This document shows, one piece after another, positions 26,042-37,800 of a stretch of DNA of 64,000 bases. The notes below the pieces were generated by a model. The model was not told where the DNA came from. It searched no databases and saw only the letters and a program-made list of their open reading frames with translations. The stretch covers positions 1 through 64,000 of the forward strand of contig JBFLGF010000067.1 in NCBI GenBank assembly GCA_050230475.1, given 5' to 3'. Numbering within the stretch: the first letter of the stretch is position 1; each line of letters begins with the position of its first letter. The stretch comes from Ancylonema sp. Lineage: Eukaryota. The position numbers and the translations under genes were made by a program.

Positions 26042-27627
26042 ACGATTTTTTCAAGTATTTTCCGGCATTTGCTAAAATTCAGCATATCAAGACGAGGGCA
26101 ATATGTTAATCGACATCTTGAAGATAGTCCCGTAATATAAGACACAAAGAGAGGAGAGAACACCAATGTTAGACTAGTGATGTTTTGAGTGTATGGCCCA
26201 TTTAGACTTGCATCATCAAACCCCGAAGTGCTTCATTGTATATCAATCATTTTTTGTGAAATTGACAAAAACAAATAAATGACAAATGAATGCAGTAATC
26301 CCTCCATTATTTAGAAACAATTGAATTGTCAAAATATGCGCTACCTACGTATCCCGCAGTGGATGATTATCGATAAGCCTGACTGCCCGCGGGAGAAGAA
26401 ACTCGGTGTAGATGGGAAAATGAGGGGAGGGGAACTGGCCCTCATGTTTGAAAGTGACCACTTCAGAAATTGAGGGTGCAATATTTCGACTTCGAAAGAA
26501 TATCCAATCCACGTGGAAGTCAATGAGGGATCTCTTCTTGCCCGCCAACGCCAATCTTATTGCGTTCGAAATTGATCGCATGCCATGTATCTCTGCATAT
26601 GGGGTCAACATTAAATCAGTATTAAGATCAAAGGTTTGTTAAAAGTATTGAATGAATTACATGGATTCTTATATGAGTTGTGCAGCAAAACCGATTGCGA
26701 AATATCCTCATACGTACGCTCTTTCAAGACGCGTAGTTATGTTTTGCCCAACCTCTACAGAAAGTCAACGTCCACTCAATATCTTTGCTTCAGCTCTTTC
26801 TTCTTTTTGTTGCAAATATTTTTGTAAAACATTCAGTGTGAATGCCATTTTTCCAAACTTCCTCACTCGCACTACGTACACATTCATATGCGCTTCCCTG
26901 TGTTTTATGAATAAAAGTGTAGAACCTTCTACAAATGGACAAATGATCGGGTTCAGATGTACAATTGTACACATAGAAATATGTCCAACGATATGTTTGT
27001 TCACTTCCGTTAAAATCTACACACCATCATCAACACATCAACATACCCTTAAAGTTATGATCCACGATGCGTAAATCGCCATTTCTCTGTGTGCGAGCCT
27101 TGATCCAAGCATTGCGCATGTCGCCTCCAAGCCCGAACAGCCTGCAATGCATTGAGATGAGAGTCAATGCCTACCCAGTTTATGATACTCCAAATATTGT
27201 AGATGACATAGGCTGACTTGATACTTGAATAAAGACATGAGATAACCAGATTACTTACCATTAGATGATGTGTTTTATGAAGCGCATGGCTATCTTTTTG
27301 GAATTTTACCAATTATGGGTGTTTGAAGATCATTCTCGTTCTAATTTTCAATCACATATCGACTAAATTAACATTGGAATGTGGACAAAGATGAAACTTG
27401 CAATATATATTGTTTTACCTCTCTTTGCCAATCAAAAATTGACCGGGGATGCTCGCTTTGATTGTGCCGAAATTGCCGCACAGAATGACGGGAACGTTAT
27501 GTGGCAAGGAGGAGATGTGTTTCCACACCAACAACACTCCATTTTGGCGCGCGAGTTTGTTATTATTGTCCAAATGAATGTTGATCACCTGAACTTGGAA
27601 CCTTGGGGGTTGCTTCACGTGGAAAGT

Positions 27628-27838
27628 GTGCGGCACTCGTCAAGGTTGGTCTCAATTTTTTACTCAAACCTATTCCTACCACTTTTATAAACGCTAATAC
27701 GAACGAAACCGCAAAGGTTTCCAAGTGGATCGCCACGAGTACGCGCAAAGAGAGAAGTTCGAGGCCCATATATGCAAGGCGAAAGGTCGATTCACGGAGA
27801 GACGAAAAGATGGAGGGTGTGTGAAATGGTGAGGATAT
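27628..27838 (-). other. U12-type (minor spliceosome) AT-AC intron, 211 bp, phase 0
   Basis: 5' site ATATCCTC, branch site CCTTGAC with its A 12 nt upstream of the intron's last base, terminal AC. Removal joins ..NATWV|TFHVKQPP in frame. Confidence 0.88.
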
Positions 27839-27918
27839 GACCCACGTGGCATTTGGACAAGCACCCGAGCCCCATCTGTTGATGCCTCGCAAGGATGGCG
27901 AGTCTGAGAGCCAAAACT

Positions 27919-30900
27919 TGTTGAGTGTGTAATGCTAAGTGTGGCACGTGCCCGATCACCGTCCTTATCTCGGGATGTTCGACGGTATCCTAGAGTCGCG
28001 GAGTACGCCAAATATGACAGAACTAACTTGCTTAACCCCGTTCGCCTGAAGCTGGCTCCCTATTGTTCCCCAGCTCAGTACCGGCGCCGCAGAACTTAGT
28101 GTCGGCCAGTTCTGCCTTATCCAGATACTATCTCCTGTACTCTGTTCAGAGAACACTAATACTTCTCAGTGATCTATTCGTGTACATGAGCATCATGCTG
28201 TGAATGACGCATAGCCATAACAAGTGAAACAATCAACATTACAAGAATGTCGATTCAACATGGTATCAGAGCCGTCCCACACGAAGGGACGCGATTCAGA
28301 GCAACCCGGGGTTCAACTCAAAAAGGACAATTATATGGCATGGAAGCAAGCAAAATGAAACAACTGCTGCTCGCAAACAGAGTTTGGGATCTGGTCAGTG
28401 GCAAACGTGCTCGTCCGAACGCAGCACCTGAAGAAGAGGTGTCTCTTGAAACAGGAGTCACAAACCAAGCTGAAATCGATTTAGCGAACAAGAAGTTGGA
28501 CGATTTCGAAGAAGCTTGCAACACAGCAGCATGCCTCATCTCCATGTCCATATCAGATGAGGAGATCCTTTATGTCGCCAGCATACTGGAAGATCCAGTT
28601 GCCACTTGGAACTAGCTTCAGCAAAAATTCTCGAGACGGTCCGAGATGGGGCAAGAGGCCGCGCAAATGGCACTCCTTCACTTTCAGCATATCGAAACTG
28701 AGACAGCTGACGAGACCATCACCAGATACGAGGCAATTATCGAGAAGTGTGCCTAGCAAGGAGTCACCACAGATGATCTCTTACTAGAGCGCATGATTCT
28801 ATCGCAGCCCAATGACCGGTACATGTATCTAAAAAAAAAGATCTACCAACACTCCAAGGTCAAGCAAGACCTGCAAGATATCTTCTCGTCCATGCGCGAT
28901 GATGATGCTGAGTATCAAAAGTCATGCCACCCCTCTTCCCGGTTCTGCATCCTTTGCAGATGCAGTCAGAGTAGAAGCGGAACTCCTTTGGGCCCAACGC
29001 AGCAAAGATTTCTCGAGACCATCGGGAGGTCGTCAGCCGCTTCCCACAGGTATGCTACTGCTGTGGTGACAAGGGTCACTTGCCAAGGACTGCAAGCACT
29101 CCATCACAGTGCAAGTTCTGCAGCAGGGAAGGACACCTCGAGAAGGCGTGCCGACAGAAGAAACAACGAGAAGACGGTGGGCCTACTGGGGAGGCTTCCT
29201 TCTTTCATGGCGGATATTCGGCGGTCGCGGAACTGAAGAGTTGTGATTCTCATCACGACTCTTCAGTGTCGCTTCCCTCGGTCCATCCAGCAATTCAGGG
29301 TGGTGCAGCTGTGTGTGGTGAAGTCATGGCAGCAGAGGCAGCAACGTCTACAACATTTCTAGGGGACACCGGAGCAAGTCACCACATAGCGTGCAAGCGG
29401 GAATACTTTACGGAGCTCTCTCCTCTCCCTGGACCGTTCAAGCTCTATCAGGTGCAAGGGCAGGTGGAGGTGTCGCATTGGGGCACAGTCATTCTCATGG
29501 TTGATGGCAACAAAGGGAGGCAACAGCTTACGCTGACAGGAAGTGTTGCTTGTCGAAAGCATGGATATCAATATTGTGTCGTTACAGAGGCTGAGGGCTG
29601 CATGCTTCATTCCGATATATGACAAGGTGGAGGGGAAAGTAGTTATCAACAAAAAACTACCTACAGGTGGCATGGCACAGGTGGCAATCTTCTCTGAAAC
29701 AAAACAGGGGCGTCTCACACTAGACTGCACAATCATTTCTACTCACTCTACACTACCATCCAGCCGCCGTGCGGAAGCCTTCATCAGCTCCCTCTCCATG
29801 GACCTGCTCCATCGTCGCCTCGGGCACAGTGGAGAGGCTGCGCTGCATCGCCTCCTGCACGACAACATGGCCACGGGTCTCGGTCAGGTATCGGGGAGCG
29901 TCAGCCCCTGCGACCCCTGCAGACTCGGGAAGCTGACCAGACCCCCTCACCCGGCTGTCCAATTCGATCATCACACAACTTACGCGCTGGAGCTCGTGGT
30001 GATGGATCTGGCTGGCCCTGTCAAGCCGAGCAGCCTGGGAGGTGCTTCATATTTTTTGGGTATTCTGGACGTTTTCACACGCCACTCTTGGGTGTTTACG
30101 ATCAAAAAAAAATCTGACGCAGCTGCAAAAATCATGGAGTGGAAGTGTGTGGCAGAAGGGCAGTCAAAAAAACGAAGCTTCTTACGCTCCGTTCAGACAC
30201 AGTGGAGGGGAGTGTACCTCGGCTGCGTTCACGTCCTGGATGGCGCTGCAAGGGGTGCAGCTCCAGACTACGCCTCCTCGCTCTCCCGAAAGCACAATGG
30301 CCTCGCAGAACGGTTCGGTTCAATAGGACCCTGCAGGACAAGACGAGGACCAGACCATCATGGCAGCTGCGTTACGTTACTGCCAGGCTACCTCTGGGCT
30401 GAGATTCTGCAGGCAACGAACCTTCTGCGCAACCAACCAACACTGGCACCGGTCTCCAACCTGTCCTTCACCCCGTTCGAGAAGTGGACAGGAGTGAAGC
30501 CCGACCTGTCCAAGCTGCGGGTGCTGGGCTGCAAGGCGTTCTGTCAAATCGAAAAATCTGGCAAGGGGGGGGAAGTTTCTGCCAGTCAGCTTACAAAGGT
30601 GTCCTCATCAGTTACAGCCCCAGCAGCCCCGCCTACCGCGTGTGGGACTACGCCAGCCAGAAGGAGGTCTACAATGTGGCTGCGCCTGCATTCGAGGAGG
30701 ACGCAGATCCGGGTTGGTGGCGTGCGCCACTCCATGCAGCTGCTGGCGATGTGCTCAGGTCGACGAGGAACCCCTCGTCTTTCTTGCAGCCCTTCCCCCA
30801 CCCCCGCAGAGATTTCAGCTCTGAAGAAGAGTCAGGGGTCACTGACACAGCTCACCAGATGCAGAGACCCCTCCTGACGACGCTTCTTCTCAGCCCCCAG

Positions 30901-33049
30901 CCCCTCCAGCCACCCCCCAGCTGCAGCTGCCACAAGGCGAGCCAGCCGCTGCAAACCCAGCCCCGCTCGTGCCAGGAGCCCAGCCCCCTGTCAGCCTCCA
31001 TCCCTGCCCCCTCCCAGGTACCCGAGCCCAGACGCAGCAGCAGGGAAAACAGGGGTGTACCTCCAGTGCGCATGGCTGACATGCTCATGGCTGCCACGCT
31101 GACGGTGTCAGACGATGACCCCAAGACCTACAAGCAGGCGATGAAATTACCTGACGCAGCGGAGTGGGTGGAGGCGTGTGCAGCAGAGGTTGCCTCCCTG
31201 GTGGAGAATGGGGTTTATGCGGTGGTTGACAGGCCGGTGGGAAAACCTGTCATCACGTCCAAGTGGGTTTTTAAGAAGAAGAGGGGGTTGACAGGAAAAG
31301 TGGAAAAATATAAGGCGAGGCTGGTTGCTAGGGGGTTCATGCAGGAGGAGGGGGTGGACTATACAGAGACTTACTCTCCGAACGGTGCGCTATGTGAGCA
31401 TCCGGATGATGGTTGCTGCAGCCGCCTCGGGGGAGCTGCAGATGGAGCAGATGGATGTCACCCAACAGCCATTCCTATTCGCTGTGTTAGAGGAGGAGGT
31501 GTACCTTGAGATCCCCGAGGGGATGTTCGACACGGAGATGCCCGGCAAGGTGCTTCGCCTCCTCAAGGCGCTCTATGGTCTGAAGCAGTCCCCGCGGATG
31601 TGGAATCTGCATATTGACAAGGAGCTGTCAGAGTTCGGCCTTCATCGCATCACTACGGATTTCTGTGTGTATGTTGCATTCGAGGGGGCAGATCGGGTGC
31701 TGCTGGGTTTATTCGTGGACGATATGTTCGTTCATGATTGGGAAGCTGATGGAGCGGATCGGGAAGGTCAAGTTCTCCACAGTCGATTCTGAAAGACCTC
31801 GGTGCTGCTACTTTTCTGGGATGGATCAGGCGCTTACCAGGGGGCGACTTCCTCATGCTGCAAGAAAAGTATCTCAGGGAGGTCCTCGCTAAGTTCCCCG
31901 TGACGAACTCCCGAGCTACAAGCACCCCGCTGCCGCCTGCCTGCAAGCTGAGCCAGGAGGATGCTCCGCATGATGTCCAGGGGAGGCTGGAGATGGCAAT
32001 TCACAGGAGTGCAAGTTCACTCATGTACCTGGCAGTGTGCACTCGGCCGGACATTGCAGCCGCAATCAGTAGCTTGAGCCGATTCAATGCCAACCCTGGG
32101 ATGGCGCATTGGGAGGGGGTCCAGCATGTGCTCCGGTATCTCCAGGGGACCAGTGGGGAGGGGATTTGCTACCGAAAGGGGGTGTCGACAACGCTGTGGG
32201 GGTACTGCGACTCCAGCCATCTGACCTGCCCCGACACTGGGCGCTCTCGGGCGGGTTACGTCTTTCTCTCGGCTGGCGGGGCGATTAGCTGGCAGAGCAA
32301 ACTGGTCGGGAATGCCAGTCTCAGTTCGTGCGAAAGTGAGTACATGGGCCTGGCCATGGCTGGGCAGGAGGCCAGTTTTCTTCGCCAACTCCAGCTTCAA
32401 ATGGAGGGCACGGCTGGAGTGCCCACCCCGGTTCGGGTCTACCTCGATAGCCAACCGGCTCTGGATCTGGTGAACAATCCGGTCTACCATGCCCGCTCCA
32501 AACAGATACTTGCGAAGTATCACTTCGTTCGGGACCGGGTTCACAATGAGCAGGAAATGGTACTGGAGAAGATTTCCGCCTCCAAAATGGGAGCCGACAT
32601 GTTAACGAAACACGCAAGTGTAGGGGTAGTTCGCCACAACAAGAAATTGCTGGGAATGATGTGACGTGTCACTGTTGTTTAATGTTAAGTTATTTTGCCA
32701 AACTTGTCATTAGGGGGGTGTGTTGAGTGTGTAATGCTAAGTGTGGCACGTGCCCGATCACCGTCCTTATCTCGGGATGTTCGACGGTATCCTAGATTCG
32801 CTGATACGCCAAATATGACAGAACACGTGCTGAACCCCGTTCGCCTGAAGCTGGCTCCCTATTGGTCCCCAGCTCAGTACCGGCGCCGCAGAACTTAGTG
32901 TCGGCCAGTTCTGCCTTATCCCAGATACCTCCTGTACTCTGTTCAGAGATCACTACTTCTCAGTGATCTATTCGTGCATGAGGATGCTGTGAATGACGCA
33001 TAGCCATAACAAGTGAAACAATCAACATTACAAGAATTATCAGAGCCGT
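27919..33049 (+). mobile_element. Full-length Copia (element 3) inserted in an EEP exon
   Basis: LTRs 27919-28260 and 32721-~33037. PBS at 28261, PPT TAGGGGGGTG. TSD AAACT at 27914-27918 and 33050-33054. Gag-PR-IN-RT-RH with many 1-bp frameshifts. Confidence 0.96.
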
Positions 33050-33444
33050 AAACTGTCCGTGTGCACCACGCTCCAACTGCGGTGTCCCCAACAATGCTTT
33101 ACTCGATGTGATGTCATGAGGAGGGGTGGGTGGATGCAATGCTACTCTATAGGCATGGTTCAGATGCTTGGGTACATCATCTTCTCATCATAGACATCAT
33201 CTCGATTAGGAGTGAGAAAAACGAGGGCCAACTGCCCCATCTTGGCATATGATTGTGCGCGAATGTGTATGAATGTTGATGAATAGGTGGCAACAAGAAT
33301 TGTTGGGGAAATTAACCTTTTGCTTGTTGTATAAAATGGCGCAATCGAGAACATCGGACGGCTGCACACTATCCTCGATGTCGCTCACAAGCTCATATTC
33401 TGCAATGATTACACATTTTTTTATGCGCCAGATAAACATAAAAC

Positions 33445-34135
33445 CAATGATACTTATCGATAATGATAGTAATGATCATAATAAAAATTATGGAAGTTAT
33501 AGTTGTTGTTCATATTTATCATTTATTTTTTTTACATATTTCAGAAAATGTCAATGATGGCAATAATGGTAACCAAAAGCAAAATATGTAATATCAATAG
33601 TAATAATAATAAGAATTATAATAATACTGATGATAATTACGTTGATAACAATGTCGATAATCATAACAATTAAAACAAGTAGAATGAAAAAAATGATGAC
33701 ACTAATACTTTAAATTATGATACTGATAATAATGATACAACCAGAAGAATGAAAACAATGATAATGATAACAAAATTGATAATAAAATTATTATCAATAA
33801 TGATACAACAAGTACAATAATGATAAAAATTAGAATAAAAAATAAATGTGTTTTAATGATAATTATAAAAATAAAAAATGGACTGAGTTAAATGTAATGG
33901 TGATAAAAATAACAATGACAATGATAATGATAATAATAATGATGACAACAAATACAATAATGGTGATGTAAGAAATAATAGCAAATAGTAGTATTGAATT
34001 CATAATGCTAGTATGAAGATAGTAGTAATAATGATGACAACACTTCAAATAAAACAGGAAATGAAATAAATAGTGATCATCCAAACATTATACTGGTGCA
34101 ATACTGATATATTATACTGGTATTATACTGGTACA
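33445..34135. repeat. Degenerate (AAT/GAT/AAC)n AT-rich tract in an EEP intron
   Basis: Low-complexity trinucleotide-like sequence. Confidence 0.85.
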
Positions 34136-34819
34136 AACGAAGAAATGGGATATACTTAAAAAAAATTCAGAATTACTGGCGACGTTCTCATATGTGCTTA
34201 GTAAGTGGCTTATAAGGCCAGAAGCACAAGTGGACGCTTAATTGGTAAATCCTATCTCATTTTAGCAACTGAAACGCTTGTCATTCCCATACATAAATGC
34301 CGAGACCTGATTTCATCTTTTTAATTCAGATTTCTGAAACGATTCCAAAGTTCATGATTAGGGGTGAATTTCCGCGAAGGTGCCCGTCGAGCTCATCCAC
34401 TCTCCACCAAAGTTTCCAGGGAACAAGCTAGAGCTATATAGCTCAAAATCCGGATCCGGATCCGCATTCGTACCTGGTTTATGGTGCATGATGTCCTTCA
34501 GTTGTGAACGCCTTCCTGCAGACGTGCGCGAATGAATTGAAGTTGATTTGCTCTTAGTAAAGTGTGTGGTGTCGCTGCCATGATTCAGAGCGTACTGTCA
34601 TCTCCTCTCATCGTTCTCCATTTTTTTCATCGACTTAATGTTGCTGACAAGCATCCAGTTGCAATTCAATGCGAATTGAATGAAAAACGCGTTTGTCGCA
34701 CAATGTATGGCCTCCAGGGACCGAACATTAGAGTTTTGAACTGGAAAGGAGGTATTGTGCTCGACCTTGAACACTATTTCCTGAGAGTCAATGCATCACA
34801 AAGTGCTGTACAAAAAGCG

Positions 34820-37800
34820 TGTGGACGCCATTGTGACGTCCACTCAACTCAACTCTTTACACTTGAGTAATACCCAACTCAAACTCAGAACTCAACTCTT
34901 ACTCAGATTGCGCTCAACACACTCATTCACATACTCATTAAACTCATTCACATATGGCGCAGCTCATAGACAAAGCTTCTTTCATATAAAAGCAAGTGAA
35001 AAAACAACACCGGAGAAGAAATCGTACCTATACCCATTGTGTGAGAAAATCTCAATCAACTAGCCAAAAGTAAGACCTTGCTACGCCTTCAAGTCTACAA
35101 TTAGATTCCAAATGACTAATGACCCTAGATTAACCGAACGAATAAATCTAACTCGTCGAATATCGAACTACTATGATTGAGTTATTGCGCGCCGAGCCAA
35201 TAACGCCGACCACTGACACATTTAACTGACACACGTGATACGAAAAACACCGATACAATTAATCATTCTAAACAAAATACGTAAAAAACGACACGTGTCA
35301 CTAAAAACTAAATAATCCAAAACAAAACGTCACTTCATGTCATAGACGCGAATAACCAAAATACACGAAAAACAAACCAAAAACAAAACCCGTCAAATAA
35401 CCGCGCGCTATTACGGCAACTTTGGCCGAACTAATTAACACATCATTAATATACAACTATGTTGCTGGAATACCCACATTCCCCCTCCCAGCAACATGCA
35501 TCGACATCCATCGACACATTTTACCCACTTTCTACCATCCCACCAAGTTGCTTGCATACTTTCAGAGTTCCTACTCCTACATTCTTTGTCATCATATCTG
35601 CTGCATTCAATCCCGTATCCACCTTGCACAGCTCAATGAGTCCTGTCTCTACCCTGTCCCTGAGCGAATGGTACTTGAGCAAAATGTGCTTGGACCTCTG
35701 ATGAAAGACTGGATTCATCTGCCAACTTCAGTGATGACTCATTGTCACCATACAAGAGCACACTTTTCTGTGCCGACAGTAATTTCCCCCTGAAGCTGTT
35801 GCAAATAAATGGCCTCATTCCCCGCCTCACTCAGACCCACATACTCACTCTCACAGCTGCTATGAGTAACAACTTTCATCATCGAGCTCCTCCAGCTCAC
35901 TGCTGCACCAGCACTCAGAAAAACGTAACCATTTCGACCCCTCGATGTTTCTCTCTCTCCAGCATGTCTCGAGTCTGAGTACCCCCACACCTCCACCTGC
36001 GCCCCTCTCTTATAGAGCAGCCCCTCCCCAACTGTGCCATTCACATACCGCATGACCCGTTTGACCCCCTCCCAATGTGATATTCCAGGGTTCTGACTGA
36101 ACTTGCTGAGTTCAGAGAGTGCTGCTGACAAGTCTGGCCGAGTGCATGTCGCGAGATACATCAAACTCCCAATTGCAGACCTGTAAGGAACATTCACCAT
36201 TTTCTCCTGTCGACATCGGCAACTGGCTGCTGAGAGAGTCAAGATGAGTTCCCAGCTCCATTGGTGTCGACACCGTCTTGCTCCCCTCCATGTTGAAACG
36301 GCTGACGACATCTCGTGCATATTTCTCTTGCACAAGAAGCACATCCCCATTATCCCGTCGACGAATCTCTATACCCAACAAGAATCTAGCCTCCCCAAGA
36401 TCTTTCATTTTGAATCCTGTCCCAGCCCCTGCCTTCACCTTCTCGATGTTCACCAGCTTCTCCCCCACCATGAACAAGTCGTCGACATAAAGTGCAATGT
36501 AGATAGCACTCCTCCCCATTTCCCTTGATGTAGATCCCCACATCTGACTTGAGTCGAGTGAATCCCAGCTGCTTCAGCACGGTGTCGATGCAGATGTTCC
36601 ACTGTCGAGGTGATTGCTTAAGTCCATACAAACACTTTAGCAGCCACATCACCTTCCCCTCATCGCCGGGAAGAACAGTCCCCTCAGGCTGCTCCATGAA
36701 AACCTCCTCCTCCAGCGGTGCATACAGAAACGCTGTAGTAACATCCATTTGATGCATCTGCAGCCCCTTAGATGTCCCCAGAGCCACCAGCTGTCGAATA
36801 CTTTCGAACCTCACTGTTGGGCTAAAGGTCTGATCATAATCTATCCCCTCCACCTGGCTGAACCCCTTCGCCACCACCCTAGCCTTATATTTTTCTACCT
36901 CCCAAAGTTCATTTGTTTTAACCCGAGCACCCACTTTGATTTCACCACCTTTTTCCCCGAGTGGCCTATCCACCATCTCATACACCCCATTCTCTTTGAG
37001 ACTGTCCATTTCACTGTTCATTGCCTCCTTCCATTTTTCTCCATGTGTGCCCTGAAGAGCTTCTTGAAATGACTGAGGACTCTGGTTAGCCTCCTCCTCT
37101 GCGACAGTAGCCAGATACTCCTCGATGAGCCTCAAAGGTGGTACTCCCCTTTTCTCCCTAATGCTGTGTCGAGGCTCATCTCGCTGTGTGGCTCCATCTG
37201 CACTGTCATGCGACGGAACACCTGGTGCTGGAGCATCATCACTTGGTCCCCACCCCTCATCTTCCCCACCACCATCGTCTCCACCATCCTCATCACTGCT
37301 GTCCTCGACCAGAATAGGAATCTGTGATGTATCCTCCTGTTCTGGCCTGCATGCACCACTACCGGAATAATGTCGACCTCGAGATCAGGGAAAATGAATC
37401 TCCTCCATGTCATCTGCAATCTCCCCACCATGGCTTCTCCTCCACCACCCTGCCTGACATTCTCATCGATGTCAGGTACACCGACATTGAAAACCTTCCC
37501 CCTCACAGGATCCCATACCCGATAACCGACACTCCCAACAGGATAACCCACCACTACCCCCTCCCACTTGGTAACCCCCATTTTTCCTTTCCTCTTAACC
37601 TTCTCCAGAGACACATATGCCTTGCTCCCATAGGCCCTCAAATGTTTGACCGTAGGCATGATGCCTCTCCACAGCTCATCAGGTGTCTTGCTCAAGTCCT
37701 GCAACTGGACACCTGTTCCTGATGTAAGAGGCAGTCGAGATTGCCTCGACCCAGAAACCCCCTCCTAGTCCAGCACCCACCAGCATCGATCTCGCCCTAT

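Noticed and set aside
28247..32664. Programmed gag-pol frameshifts in the Copia elements
   Set aside because: The frameshifts are numerous, scattered and not shared between related copies, consistent with decay or consensus error.
27914..33054. Element 3 being spliced out as a new intron using GT and AG within the AGTTT TSD copies
   Set aside because: The GT and AG share the same G, so splicing would delete one base and shift the frame.
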